Origin: Atractiella rhizophila
Taxonomy: Eukaryota
Direction: 5' to 3'
DNA length: 38,119 nucleotides
Assembly: GCA_021432655.1 (NCBI GenBank)
Contig: MU271233.1
Coordinates: 24,131-62,249 of the forward strand
Shown here: positions 24,176 through 37,368 of the stretch, piece after piece
How positions within the stretch are numbered: the stretch's first letter is position 1
How the letters are laid out: every line of letters starts with the position of its first letter
Translations under genes and position numbers: made by a program
Notes under the pieces: model-generated
Databases searched by the model: none
What the model saw: the letters and a program-made list of their open reading frames with translations, nothing else
Told to the model about the DNA's origin: nothing

Positions 24176-25335
24176 GAATCTTCCCTATGTCATTTGCGCA
24201 TCGCATTATTTATTGTTTTGGACCTGCCAGAACAAGGACACCCTTGACCAGGCAGAAGAAGGATGATGGTGATGGTACAGAGTGCTTTCAAACGATGCAG
24301 ATACAATGTGCTTTTTGACCGGGCGGTCGGGCTGATGAGCAGAACACAAGTACGTTCGTCCCTTCATCCAAAGCAAAAGAAGGAAAAACGGAAAGGTGCC
24401 GTCCCCCCGTAACCTTGAAAATGCAACGAGTTTCCTTATGCCTCTTTCCACACTGAGAACGTCAGCGTGTGTTCGTTTCAGCAAAACATGATCTCAGTCG
24501 TTCATTATTGGGCAGATCGAGGGCTTCCGAGCAAATCCAATTGATCTGGCACCTTGATTCAAGGCATTCTAGTTCTAAAAAGTTGTTACATTCAAGTGAG
24601 CAGAGTGAAAAAGGTGTGCCATTATTCTGTGACTTTCTCGAAAGAAGGAACATCTCTCCTCAACCGGTTCACAAGTTAGACTGCTGGGAGTTCAGCGACA
24701 ACTTGAAACGGAGCTGAATTACGCGTCCTAATGTGTTCGATTTCAGAGCTTGGAGTCGAGCCGAATTGGAACGAGACTGGAGAGATATCGATAAGACGTC
24801 GGAACGACATCCTTCCCCTCCTCCAAGTGTGAATATCGCACGCTGAACGATGTTTGTAGCAAGGCGGTCCAATTCCTGATTGGTGGCATCTTGATATCGT
24901 CCATCCAGTCTGGCACATCTTCCGTCGTCACAAACTGAGTCGGATTCGAATATTCGACATTGCCAGAAATAAATATGTAGAATGAAAGCGGCTCTGAGGA
25001 TCTCAAAGCCGGTTGAAATTGTTCAAGCCTCTCGAAAGAGGTTAGGTACGTATCGTAGCACAAAAGTCTATCTACAAGCCGAAGAAGGGACGAAGACCAG
25101 GCTTACGAAGATGCACAACGAAACCATGTAGATGTAGACATTTATGAACAGTCCGTCTGGTCGAATCAAGTATCGAATGCGAAATGAAGGAAGTAAAGAG
25201 TTGAAGGGATAAGTACGAGTACGATAGTTAGATTTGAGACCGAGACAAGAAAGGAGAAACGAATAAATAGTTTTCTAAACCAAGCAACCATCATCTTTGC
25301 TCACTCCTGTCAGTTCATCACAATCACAATCACAA

Positions 25336-27175
25336 TCACAACAGCGTCAAACCAGCCGCGACGACGCCGGCTACTCCAACAAAGCCTCCCATGAAAGCCT
25401 TCACACTCTGAGCTCCAGAGTCACCTCCACTTCCGCTTCCGCTTCCTCCACTCCCATTATTGCTCGCTCCACCCACAGCTCCACCAGTGGCTTGGGCCGG
25501 GATGGAATTTCCGATACCAGGGACGTCTCCCACACCGCTCGCGCCGGCTGCAGAGCCCGTGGGGAAGGTGGAGGAGTTGGTTCCAGTTTCGAGGTAGGCG
25601 TCGCCGGGAGAGTTGCCGAGACAGTTGATGATGGTCTTCAGCTTGAGGTTGCTCAGAGCGAGAGCTTGTGGGAGGACGACGTCGATGGCTAGGTCGACAG
25701 TCTGCTGGTAGAGGTCGTGTTCGAGGACGATGAAGCCGGTATCGATGGTGTTGGCGCCGTTGAGGATGTTGTTGAAGTTGGTCTCTACAGTGGAAAGGTT
25801 GACGACTCCTCCAGGGATTTGCCAGTCTGCCCAGGTTGATAAGTACTTGTAATAGAAAATGGAAGAAGGGAGATAGACCTTGAGTATCGTATGTGACACC
25901 ACCGCTGGTTGTCCAGATAACAGTGATGAGACCCATCTGAAGAGCGATGTTGCGGACCCGATCATCGACGTCACCTGCAGAACAATCATTAGTTCTCCAA
26001 TATGAGATATGAGGGAGCAAACGAACCAAAAGGCGGCCTCCAGTACTTGGGCGTAACACCAGTGATATCTTTGATGACCTTCTTGGTCCAACCGAGCTCA
26101 GCAACGACCTGTTCGTTCGTCAGAGTCGTCATTTCGGGGTGAGCCCAAGTGTGCCTAAAAGGCAACAACACCGGCAAAAAAAATTTTCCGTGGAAAGAAA
26201 TGACCTACACTGCGAGCTGGTGACCTTTAAGGTACTCGTATTGGAGCATACTTGGCCGCGAAATCGCTCTCGAACCGACGATGAAAAAGGTCGTCTTAAT
26301 ATTTTCAGTGTCGAGGTAGTCAAGCAACTTGGGGGTGTAAGGACCAGGTCTAGTCCCGTCCCGCTTAGGGAGTGTCTATCGACTCAGAAAGGAGTGACGA
26401 ACCCGTCATCGTACGACAGACCCCAGTCGTTCTTAGCGGGACAGAACGTCACGTCTGTGTCCCTGGTGCCTGGTTAAGGTGCACATGCAGTCAATATTTT
26501 GCCTTCGAAGGAGCGATAGACGAACAGTGCCCGCAGGTCCACCAACAAGTCCCAGAAGAGGTAGCGTTTCCGGCAGCGGCAGTATTGTTGGCGCAACCGT
26601 TCTGTATTCGGTGCAATCACTAACTTGCGCTAAGAAAAAGTGGGGAGAGGCGCACCTTGTTATTTACAGGAATATTCGGGACTGAGGAAATGAAAAATCA
26701 GTGGAAATTCGGCGATTGACTGGAAGCATAAAAGGCCGCCAATTGGGCACATTGTCCCATCTCGACGCTCTCCATCGCGGCTCCCCAGCACACTTCAAAC
26801 CCAAAAGGAAGAAAACGCACCGATGCTCATATCGATCTGACTCAACCACTCCTGAACCTCAGGAGAATTAGTCGGAGGGGTGATATCGAGCGCCGGATAA
26901 TTGCTAGGACTCAAAGAGAGTCCATTCGCAGGCAGAGCCGGAGCATTCGATATCCCACTTGGAGAAGCGGTAGGAAGAGCGGCGAGGGTCGGTGTAGGCT
27001 CGGTGGACGCATTGGAGACGATGTTGGCCGTTCCCGTCGCTCCTGCTCCTGCAGCAGCGGAGCTCGTGTGGCTGGCGGTGGCACGAGAGGTCGTAGCTTG
27101 ACGAACGACGAGTGCTGGATGTTGGTTGGCAAGGGATAGAAGGGGGAGAGTAAGGAGCGCGAGTTTGGATACCAT
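25336..27175 (-). CDS. Chitin deacetylase (CE4/NodB), signal peptide plus GPI-type C-terminus, copy 1
   Basis: Signal [16 protein letters not shown], Cys-rich CWWTCGHC region, [43 protein letters not shown], Ser/Gly-rich linker and hydrophobic tail [14 protein letters not shown]. This is the architecture of Cryptococcus Cda-type enzymes. Confidence 0.93.
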
Positions 27176-28614
27176 TTTGTGGACTCGTTCGGTGGGATAC
27201 GATACCAAGGTGCAAGTGGCAAGCTGTAAATGCTAAAGGAAGGAATGTCGTGAGCGATGGCTCCTTTTTTAAAGGGAATTAACAAGAATTGAGGTATTGA
27301 GGGGCTGGTTGAGGGGCTCCTTGGTTTTTGAGTTGATGAAATGGGGTGTGGTTATAAGAAGCATAAGCCAGAAATACCCGACTAAAAATGAATGCGAAAC
27401 GATCTCACCTCAAAGTCGCAGTAGTCTCGCAACGTCTGAAACTGTTCTCTTTTTCAACTTCTCCAGGCAATGAGCGTGGTAAGGATTTAAAGGGAATTGT
27501 TTTGGACCTGCTCGAACAAGGACATCATTGACCAGGACAGAAGAAAGACGATGGTGATGGTACAGAGTGCTTTCAAACGATGCAGATACAATGTGCTTTT
27601 TTGACCAAGCGGTCGGGCTGATGAGCAGAACACAAGTACGTTCGTCCCTTCATCCAAAGCAAAAGAAGGAAAAACGGAAAGGTGCCGTCCCCCCGTAACC
27701 TTGAAAATGCAACGAGTTTCCTTATGCCTCTTTCCACACTGAGAACGTCAGCGTGTGTTCGTTTCAGCAAAACATGATCTCAGTCGTTCATTATTGGGCA
27801 GATCGAGGGCTTCCGAGCAAATCCAATTGATCTGGCACCTTGATTCAAGGCATTCTAGTTCTAAAAAGTTGTTACATTCAAGTGAGCAGAGTGAAAAAGG
27901 TGTGCCATTATTCTGTGACTTTCTCGAAAGAAGGAACATCTCTCCTCAACCGGTTCACAAGTTAGACTGCTGGGAGTTCAGCGACAACTTGAAACGGAGC
28001 TGAATTACGCGTCCTAATGTGTTCGATTTCAGAGCTTGGAGTCGAGCCGAATTGGAACGAGACTGGAGAGATATCGATAAGACGTCGGAACGACATCCTT
28101 CCCCTCCTCCAAGTGTGAATATCGCACGCTGAACGATGTTTGTAGCAAGGCGGTCCAATTCCTGATTGGTGGCATCTTGATATCGTCCATCCAGTCTGGC
28201 ACATCTTCCGTCGTCACAAACTGAGTCGGATTCGAATATTCGACATTGCCAGAAATAAATATGTAGAATGAAAGCGGCTCTGAGGATCTCAAAGCCGGTT
28301 GAAATTGTTCACGCCTCTCGAAAGAGGTTAGGTACGCATCGTAGCACAAAAGTCTATCTACAAGCCGAAGAAGGGATGAAGACCAGGCTTACGAAGATGC
28401 ACAACGAAACCGTGTAGATGTAATCATTTATGAACAGTCCGTCTGGTCGAATCAAATATCGAATGCGAAATGAAGGAAGTAAAGAGTTGAAGGGATAAGT
28501 ACGAGTACGATTACGAGTTCGAGACCGAGACAAGAAAGGAGAAACGAATAAATAGTTTTCTAAACCAAGCAACCATCATCTTTGCTCACTCCTGTCAGTT
28601 CTTCACAATCACAA

Positions 28615-30452
28615 TCACAACAGCGTCAAACCAGCCGCGACAACGCCCGCCACTCCAACAAAGCCTCCCATGAAAGCCTTCACACTCTGAGCTCCAGAGT
28701 CGCCTCCACTTCCGCTTCCGCTACCTCCACTCCCATTATTGCTCGCTCCACCCACAGCTCCACCAGTGGCTTGGGCCGGGATGGAATTTCCGATACCAGG
28801 GACGTCTCCCACACCGCTCGCGCCGGCTGCAGAGCCCGTGGGGAAGGTGGAGGAGTTGGTTCCAGTTTCGAGGTAGGCGTCGCCGGGAGAGTTGCCGAGA
28901 CAGTTGATGATGGTCTTCAGCTTGAGGTTGCTCAGAGCGAGAGCTTGAGGGAGGACGACGTCGATGGCTAGGTCGACAGTCTGCTGGTAGAGGTCGTGTT
29001 CTAGGACGATGAAGCCGGTGTCGATGGTGTTGGCGCCGTTGAGGATGTTGTTGAAGTTGGTCTCTACAGTGGAAAGGTTGACGACTCCTCCAGGGATTTG
29101 CCAGTCTGCCCAGGTTGATAAGTATTTGTGATAGAAAATGGAAGAAGGGAGATAGACCTTGAGTATCATATGTGACACCACCGCTGGTTGTCCAGATAAC
29201 AGTGATGAGACCCATCTGAAGAGCGATGTTGCGGACCCGATCATCGACGTCACCTGCAGAACAATCATTAGTTCTCCAATATGAGATATGAGGGAGCAAA
29301 CGAACCAAAAGGCGGCCTCCAGTACTTGGGCGTAACACCAGTGATATCTTTGATGACCTTCTTGGTCCAACCGAGCTCAGCAACGACCTGTTCGTTCGTC
29401 AGAGTCGTCATTTCGGGGTGAGCCCAAGTGTGCCTAAATGGCACCACTGCGGTCAGAAATATTTTTCGTTGGAATGAAGTGACGTACACTGCGAGTTGGT
29501 GACCTTTAAGGTACTCGTATTGGAGCATATTTGGTCGCGAAATCGCTCTCGAACCGACGATGAAAAAGGTCGTCTTGATATTTTCAGTGTCGAGGTAGTC
29601 AAGCAACTTGGGGGTGTAAGGACCAGGTCTAGTCCCGTCGGCTTAGTGAGTGTCTGTGGACTCAGAAAGTGTGACGAACCCGTCATCGTACGACAGACCC
29701 CAGTCGTTCTTAGCGGGACAGAACGTCACGTCTGTGTCCCTGGTGCCTGGTTAAGGTGCACATGCAGTCAATATTTTGCCTTCGAAGGAGCGATAGACGA
29801 ACAGTGCCCGCAGGTCCACCAACAAGTCCCAGAAGAGGTAGCGTTTCCGGCAGCGGCAGTATTGTTGGCGCAACCGTTCTGTATTCGGTGCAATCACTAA
29901 CTTGCGCTAAGAAAAAGTGGGGAGAGGCGCACCTTGTTATTTACAGGAATATTCGGGACTGAGGAAATGAAAAATCAGTGGAAATTCGGCGATTGACTGG
30001 AAGCATAAAAGGCCGCCAATTGGGCACATTGTCCCATCTCGACGCTCTCCATCGCGGCTCCCCAGCACACTTCAAACCCAAAAGGAAGAAAACGCACCGA
30101 TGCTCATATCGATCTGACTCAACCACTCCTGAACCTCAGGAGAATTAGTCGGAGGGGTGATATCGAGCGCCGGATAATTGCTAGGACTCAAAGAGAGTCC
30201 ATTCGCAGGCAGAGCCGGAGCATTCGATATCCCACTTGGAGAAGCGGTAGGAAGAGCGGCGAGGGTCGGTGTAGGCTCGGTGGACGCATTGGAGACGATG
30301 TTGGCCGTTCCCGTCGCTCCTGCTCCTGCAGCAGCGGAGCTCGTGTGGCTGGCGGTGGCACGAGAGGTCGTAGCTTGACGAACGACGAGTGCTGGATGTT
30401 GGTTGGCAAGGGATAGAAGGGGGAGAGTAAGGAGCGCGAGTTTGGATACCAT
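28615..30452 (-). CDS. Chitin deacetylase (CE4/NodB), copy 2
   Basis: Same motifs, near-identical to 25336-27175. Confidence 0.93.
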
Positions 30453-31431
30453 TTTGTGGACTCGTTCGGTGGGATACGATACCAAGGTGCAAGTGGCAAG
30501 CTGTAAATGCTAAAGGAAGGAATGTCGTGAGCGATGGCTCCTTTTTTAAAGGGAATTAACAAGAATTGAGGTATTGAGGGGCTGGTTGAGGGGCTCCTTG
30601 GTTTTTGAGTTGATGAAATGGGGTGTGGTTATAAGAAGCATAAGCCAGAAATACCCGACTAAAAATGAATGCGAAACGATCTCACCTCAAAGTCGCAGTA
30701 GTCTCGCAACGTCTGAAACTGTTCTCTTTTTCAACTTCTCCAGGCAATGAGCGTGGTAAGGATTTAAAGGGTGGTGGTCGTCTGGTCGTCTTGGGATTGG
30801 GAAATTGCGGTGGCCTCAAGTTTGCTTGGATACCTTACGTCAACATCCGCTAAATTGGTCCCGCCTCTTGTGTTTTCTGGGGTGCAGCGGCACAGGCCAG
30901 CACAGGAGAGCAACACTACAGATTAGGACTAGAGAAAGCATAAGATGACATCATCCATACCCTTTTTTAAGCGAGTCGCATGGTCGCACGACCTTGTCGC
31001 CCGACAGCAAGAAGAGTACCACATAGAAATCATATCTGAGCAAACGCAAGGTGAGCCTCTCTGATCATTTCAGTTCACTCCCTCTACGGATAGGGCTAGT
31101 AGAGGGATCCAACCTGAGATGAAGAACAAGTTGTGACGGTTTTATTCATGGGTTGAACTGATACGCACTTACTCAATGGCACATTTACTCATGTCACTAT
31201 AGCTCCTTTCTGCTACATTTAAGGATCAAAATGATGTACAGAAACTATTTCATTCAATCGAGAGTTCTACTTATTATGGCAAACGGTTTCAAGTTGCCTT
31301 TGAAGTCGGGAAGTATAAGAACCCTGCTGCCTTTTGTCTGCAATATTCAGAGCTACTTCTTACTGAGGAAGAGAGGACTGATGAAACATGGAATAGATTT
31401 TTGGCATACCCGGGCCAAGCATCAACACAAT

Positions 31432-32142
31432 ATGAGCACAACTAAACTTCGAGACTTCACCTCATTTATTCTTATGTCCAACTCAATGCGCCTCCTCTTC
31501 ACTTCGACTGCATTTGAAGTCACGATGCCACAACTCGCTACCTCATATGGGGGTAACTGGCAATTCCTGACCGTTCTCGGTTTGACCGCCACCTGGATCG
31601 TTTTCGCACTCTCGCTCATCCCTTCCAAACTGGGTATGGCTTCCTTCCCCTCATTACAAAGAGTAAGTGAGCTCACGTCTTTCTCAGCGGCAAATCTCCG
31701 AGCATCGTTACAAGAAGTCGTGATCCCAGTCGAGCTACTGATCAGCTTCCTGTGGTACAGCCTCACCCTCTTCTTCCCACAACTCATGCTCCCTCCCTCC
31801 CTCCTACAAAACCGCAACACGATCTTCCTCCTCCCGCCCAAATTCGACCTCTCCATCCACTTCCTACCCGCGCTCGTCCTCCTCCTCTCCCCTCCTCCTC
31901 CCTCTGACAGCGCAAGATCAAATCCATGGCTGTCTGCAGCAGCGTTGACGGTCGCGTACACCGCTTGGATGGAGAAGTGTGCAAGTGTCAACGGATGGTT
32001 CCCATACCCGTTCCTTGACTTGATGTCCCTTAGTCAGAGGTGCCTCATGTACGTTGGATGTGCACTGGTGACAGGAGCATTTGGAGAGTTGGCGGCGTGG
32101 GCGAGGGCGAGTGGGAAATGGCGTGTCAAGCAAGTGGAGTGA
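31432..32142 (+). CDS. FAR-17a/AIG1-like multi-pass membrane protein
   Basis: Motifs YGGNWQFLT, DLSIHFLP and GWFPYPFL, with several TM segments. Probable in-frame 54-nt intron at 31634-31687. Start taken at MSTTKLRD (31432), uncertain. Confidence 0.8.
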   Translation: MSTTKLRDFTSFILMSNSMRLLFTSTAFEVTMPQLATSYGGNWQFLTVLGLTATWIVFALSLIPSKLGMASFPSLQRVSELTSFSAANLRASLQEVVIPVELLISFLWYSLTLFFPQLMLPPSLLQNRNTIFLLPPKFDLSIHFLPALVLLLSPPPPSDSARSNPWLSAAALTVAYTAWMEKCASVNGWFPYPFLDLMSLSQRCLMYVGCALVTGAFGELAAWARASGKWRVKQVE

Positions 32143-33171
32143 TGGGACCTTTCTGCCGTACGCCATACTAACAGGTTCCCGTGAAGTTACCCCCATCTAA
32201 CTTTCCGCTCCCAGTTACCTCATCTTACCAATACATTGTTCAACAGTCTAACAAAGTCCATCCTATCTACGCAAATATGACGCGTAGTTAAGAGCTACGG
32301 GTAGTGTCTGTACCTTTGGCAGACTCAAGCAGACCTTCATTGTGATCTTTTCCCTTCTACTTTTCCATTCTAGCTTGTCCACTTCCATTCCAGACTTCGT
32401 CAGACAGCTCCAGACGTTGACAAACCAAACGGACGGAGAATTTAGCCTGATGGGAACAAAAGCAAAGTTTGCGTGGCGGGAAGATTGATCTAGGTTGACG
32501 AGAAAACCTAATCTCGCGTTCCTTTTCTTCGTCTTTGAACTTTTGGTGTCCATCTCGTGGAACTCAGCCTGGAGCTCAGCAAGCTTCGTGAAAGGACTTC
32601 AACAACCACCTGTTCCGCGTTGTTTAATACAGACTAGCTGAGATAAATTCTATTAAACAAAAGAACCTTTTTTCCCTTTGTCCATTCAAAAGAATTATTT
32701 TTCCAATCGGTCAGATTAGGTTTCTCACGCAGCTGGTTGTTACGGCTGCAAGGAGAAAGAGAAAGGCAGAAGACAAAGCCAGGGAAGTGGGCTGATGGGA
32801 CTTGTGGTCGATCCTTTATCCTGTGCTTCTATCGCATAACAAGTCCATGCTGCCAGCCGTCCTGTGGTCGAAGCTATAAGAGGCTGCTTTCTTCACCTCC
32901 CGTTTCCCCAACTCGACACGCTCACAGTTTGATCCAGCTTTGGAGGAGCATCGATCGCAAGGATATCATCTCATTACGATTGGAACCAAACAGATCGACA
33001 GCCCTTGTTTAACAAAACTTCCAACCAAATAACCTAGCCATTATATATCCCCTCCTTGTCTGATAGCAGACATTCCTCGTCTCGCTCCCCTTCGTCGCCT
33101 CCTCCCTTCGTACATCTTCGTATCCACAAGCATATTTATTCCCTCTCATAGGATAGATACCCGTTTCAAGA

Positions 33172-34264
33172 ATGGTGCGCCGTTCTATTTCTCCGACTGT
33201 CTTTCCACATTAGCTGAAGGGACATCTCTAGCATCCCAAATCAGAGAACTCATTTGCCCCCAAGCGTTCCACTGCCAATGGCAAGCAGGGACGTGAAGGT
33301 TTTAAAGTATATGTCGGCAACATCAATTTGAAGACTGCCCAGCCTACATTGAGGCTCTTATTCGAGCGTTTCGGAAGGCAAGCCATTTCCTCACTGTGTT
33401 CAAGATACTGATGGCCATTATTCATTTCATCAGTCTCATGGACCTCTTCGTCATGCCTCCTCACGAAGGTCGCCCAACCGTTTATTCCTTTGTCACCTAC
33501 CGTTTTCACGACGATGCGGCTTCAGCGATTTACAAAATGAATGGCGAATGTATTGACGGAAATGTGCTCAGGGTTGTACGTCTTTCTTCCTTTGTCTCGA
33601 TGAAAGGGATCTCTTCGCACTAACAAAACTATGGAATTCTATCTAGGATTGGGCGAAGCTTACCATTGTCCCTCCTCCTTCTCAGCGAGGCAGCACACCA
33701 GGTTCCCGTTACCCCAAATTTTATCGCTACCGACAAGTCCAACAGATGCTTCCTCCCATCAACAACGCTGCAAATCGTTATGTGTCTAACAGACTCGCGA
33801 TTGCTAAAGAAGAACAAGTTCAACCTGGAGGGAGAAAAAGGTACCCTACCGACCAGGAGCTCGGTTTCAAAAGCTACAGCGCAGCACCCATCCCTGTCCA
33901 CAGTCATTCTTCTGACGTCTCCACCTCCTCTTCCTCTTCCGAGAACGGAGTAGAGAGCGAGACATCTTCCGTGGACTCCAGCGCTCCATCCGTTTTCGCG
34001 ACAGAGTTTGCTACCGCTGCGACATTTTTGAGCGGAATCGACAACATCGATTTCGTTCCCTCTTTCTCCTTGCCCATGCCTGCTTTCGAAGGAATTCCGC
34101 TCTCTGCTCCTCCGGTCACTTTCGGGCCTATCCACGGTTTGCAGCCCTTGAACTCGATCCAGTTCTCGACCCATCACGTTCCTTCCGCGCACGTCTTTGA
34201 ACCTTTTGGCGGCAGGAACAGGGTATCCGAATATGGCGCCATTGGTATGGGGAGGAAGTTTTGA
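33172..34264 (+). CDS. RRM-domain protein with Ser-rich disordered C-terminus
   Basis: Exons 33172-33174 (ATG only), 33232-33377, 33434-33575 and 33647-34264 give FKVYVGNINL...ERFGSLMDLFV...YSFVTYRFHDDAASAIYKMNGECIDGNVLRVDWAK. Intron 2 is GC-AG. TATA-like tatatat at about 33042. Confidence 0.82.
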
Positions 34265-35015
34265 GACTGATCTCCCTTCTTCTGCAAAGACGGAAGTACC
34301 CGTCTATTTCTTTCATTTTATCCTGAGTTTTATTGGGTTTATAGCTGTCGTTCCTTCGCTAAACTTGCATCATGCTTTCGATGTCTAAATCTTGCCTATC
34401 GTTCCTTTCCGGATCTGTCTGGTTCCTTGGAATATTCCAGTGTTCAGTATTGATATCTTGTCATGTTTGATTACTTTATCAGCTTTAGGGCGTTGTTCTG
34501 TCTTCATTCTGTTGGACAATTGCAGCCGCAACTATTTGTTCCTGTCCATATTGATCTCCTTTCCCAGACCTCAGGAGGGTCCAACTTGATGTTCAATTCC
34601 TCGTCCTGCTTCATGTTTGCACCTACGTTCAGCTAAGCTCGTTTCTATTCTTTCTTTGTTTGATTCGTTTCTCCTCGTTCTTTGTTCGAAAGCCATCTGT
34701 GATTCCCACTTTCATGTTCACCCCTCGTTTCACCTAACTCGTGCATTCTCGCTCTCCATTCTACTTACACATCTGCGTGAACTTGTAATAGCTCGTCCGA
34801 CCATTTTGTTGGTGCAATAAATTCTCAATAAAAGTCTCACAGTTCGAAAATCCGAAAATGAGCTAGAACAGACGGTGTTAAGAAAAGCGGATATTTCTGA
34901 CAAGTGTCTACATCAGTCACATTTCATTGGCAGTTATTTCGAGCAAATGTTCAATACAAATTCTTTGTCCTTTCCTCCCTTTAGCTTGAGTCCATGATAA
35001 TTCACCTCCACAGTT

Positions 35016-37156
35016 TTACGAGCCCTTCCGATCTTGGGGAGGTGGTGGTGCATGGGAGGCAGCACCATCTTGATTTGTATTCTCTTCCCACGGTTCATAC
35101 GCCGGAGGAGCATCCTCATCGACTTCGGTACCCATTTCTCCTTCGCTCCTCTCCAATCTCCTCCTATTCGTGGTAGCCATCCGGTTCAGTCTCTCCTGCT
35201 GAGCCTCCATCGCTTTCCTCATGGCCGCGTCGCTTTGCCCAGAACTAGAAGCAGTTTGAGGATCGAGGGTAGCAGAGGCTGAGGTGGAAGGCTGAGAGGT
35301 GGTGGCCATGTTCTTGAGTCGCTCTTCTTGCGCCTCCATCGCCTTCTTCAGCGCCGCCTCGCTCGATGAACCACCAGCACCATGGCTTCCGCTCCCTTCC
35401 CCTTCGACAGAAATGACCGAGTCCCTTATCGTGGCAGTGTCACTTGGGTGTTCTGAGCTCTTCCTCCCTTTCCCTTTATCCTCTCTCTCGCTCTTCAGCT
35501 CCGCCAAGCTGCCCTTCACTGGTCCACCAGTACCTTCCACTGGCTTTCCTGTTTCAGCAACAGTAGGCTGGTTCTGGGTCAAGACATCAACAGGACTGAG
35601 GGGTGTATCTGATGTGGCAGGAGGCGCGACGTCAGAAAGAGAGTGGGCTATGGAAGCACCGGTGATGTTAGTGGGATTGGGCAGATCGCCAGACGCTCGA
35701 GGAGGGAGGGCGGGAGGAGACATGTTGATGTTTGGAGGGAGGGTACCGCCTTCCGGAAGTGATATAGGGGTGCCAGTTGTAGCAGAGGCTGGAGCAGGGA
35801 CTGGTCCAGGATCTGACAACTGTACGCCGTGAGAGGAGGCAACGGAACTAGGACGAGCGGCAGCAGGGAGTGGAGGAGGGAGTTTGTGGTGCGTAGAAGA
35901 GACTGATGGAGAGGGGGACAGGTGGCCTGGGCCTGGCGGAGTTTGTTGGTTTTCTTCAGTGATGTTCTCAAGATCCGACAACTCGTTTTGATGCGTTACA
36001 GCGAAAGACCTTTCCGCTCGTCAGACTCACATTTCCCAAAAGTGAAGGTGGATAAGAGAACGCTTACCGAGTATCGGTTTCCCTCCTTCTCAAACCTTTC
36101 GCACCAAGAGTACGTGGCTGAATCTCACTGTTAGCCGCTGTCCAGCCCTCCAGTTCCTCCTGAACCAAACCCCTTATTAACTTGGTCCTATCCAGCCCAT
36201 CTTCACCGTATGACTTATCTCTTCCTCCTTCCTTCACGTCCATACCTTGAAGCAACAACTTGCCGTACTCTGACATGATGGCAAGTTTCTCACCATACTC
36301 TTTCATGGCTTCGAATTGTTGGAGGAAAGAATCGTGGACCTTTTGTCTCTTGACAGAAGCCATCGAATCTTCGTACGGCGCATCCGCTTCGTTCAGGGCT
36401 TGAAGCTCTCCCCGTAACTGGGCGAGTTGTTGAGCATATCTTTTGGCGGATGATGATCCTGATTCCGGCTTGTAGCCTTCGATCTTTGTAATTTCCTTCT
36501 TCAGAGCCTCTCGCTTGTCACGGCGAGGAATCAAGTTCTCCTCAAAGTTACGAATTTCCTACCCGATTCGAGTCAGACATGTTTGGTACTGTGAACTGAT
36601 GAACGGTGAACCTTGAGGACTGTGCGACTACTTTCAAGCTTCTTCGCATATTCTCCCTCTAACATAGCGCTCTGGAAAACGAAGAAGGATAGACGATCGC
36701 AAATGTCCTTGTAATCTTGAAGATTGTCGTTGGCGAGATTGTCGAGGTTGTTGCTTAGAGCAGGCTGCTGAGAGTATATGAAGAAGGATTTGCTGAACTT
36801 CTTTCCAGCGTCTGAAGTGCTGGTGTGAGAGAGGGAGAGCGAGCGCATCTGAGAAAGGAGAACCGCAAGCTTGAGCGTATCTGTCAGACCATCATGAGTA
36901 ATTAGCAAAGTAATAAGCAGCAAAACTCACATTGTGACTGAGCCGGGTTGTACGCCGCGTAGCTGCAACATGCGTAACAATGTCAACATCAGTGTCTCTG
37001 ACCACTCCAAGATTCCACCTGCACCTCAAGAAAGACTCACCTCTGTCTCAAGCTCTGATGTACCGCTTCTACCCCAGGACCCAGTCCCTGCGTGACCTTG
37101 TCCCGTAGGCCATGCAGCAAGCCACCAAATCTCCCAGACTCTTTATCTTTTGACAT
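35016..37156 (-). CDS. Eisosome Pil1/Lsp1-like BAR-domain protein with long Pro/Ser-rich tail
   Basis: Spliced MSKDKESG...KDICDRLS...SRTVLKEIRNFEENLIPRRDKRE...KRQKVHDSFLQQFEAMKEYGEKLAIMSEYGKLLL matches the Pil1-family pattern. It joins ORF 35016..35981 through intron 36067-36010. Confidence 0.8.
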
Positions 37157-37368
37157 CTCTCCTTATCTAGTGGCTACTTCGATCTTGTTCGTTGGCGATA
37201 TAAACGCGACACGCGGTGATATGTTGGTACTCTTGGAGGTTCTGCAGAGGCCTAAAGCTTTTATAGATGCAGCAGTGGCGATGGACAAGTGAAATCGTCG
37301 TTTTTGCGCTTTACTTTGCTTGCTTTGCCAAGCTGCGGAAGCGTCACAGGCAATTGCCATTCAGCATC

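Larger units (their letters stand above)
24212..30771. repeat. Tandem duplication 3: unit 24212-27494, single 'a' at 27495, unit 27496-30771 (about 3.28 kb)
   Basis: ORF pairs offset by 3277-3286. Junction reads tttaaaggg|a|attgttttgg. Copies differ by SNPs and small indels, mainly in introns and intergenic DNA. Confidence 0.97.

Noticed and set aside
24462..25063. Short minus-strand ORFs downstream of chitin deacetylase (and their copies at 27748-28349)
   Set aside because: No ATG start for the longest ORF, no recognisable domain and no coherent splice model; they may be a gene relic but this is unsupported.
26682..26820. Longer (about 140 nt) chitin deacetylase intron as a snoRNA host
   Set aside because: Only short hairpins, with no clear C/D or H/ACA box arrangement.
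32263..33012. Short ORFs between the AIG1-like and RRM genes
   Set aside because: No homology cues or splice support.
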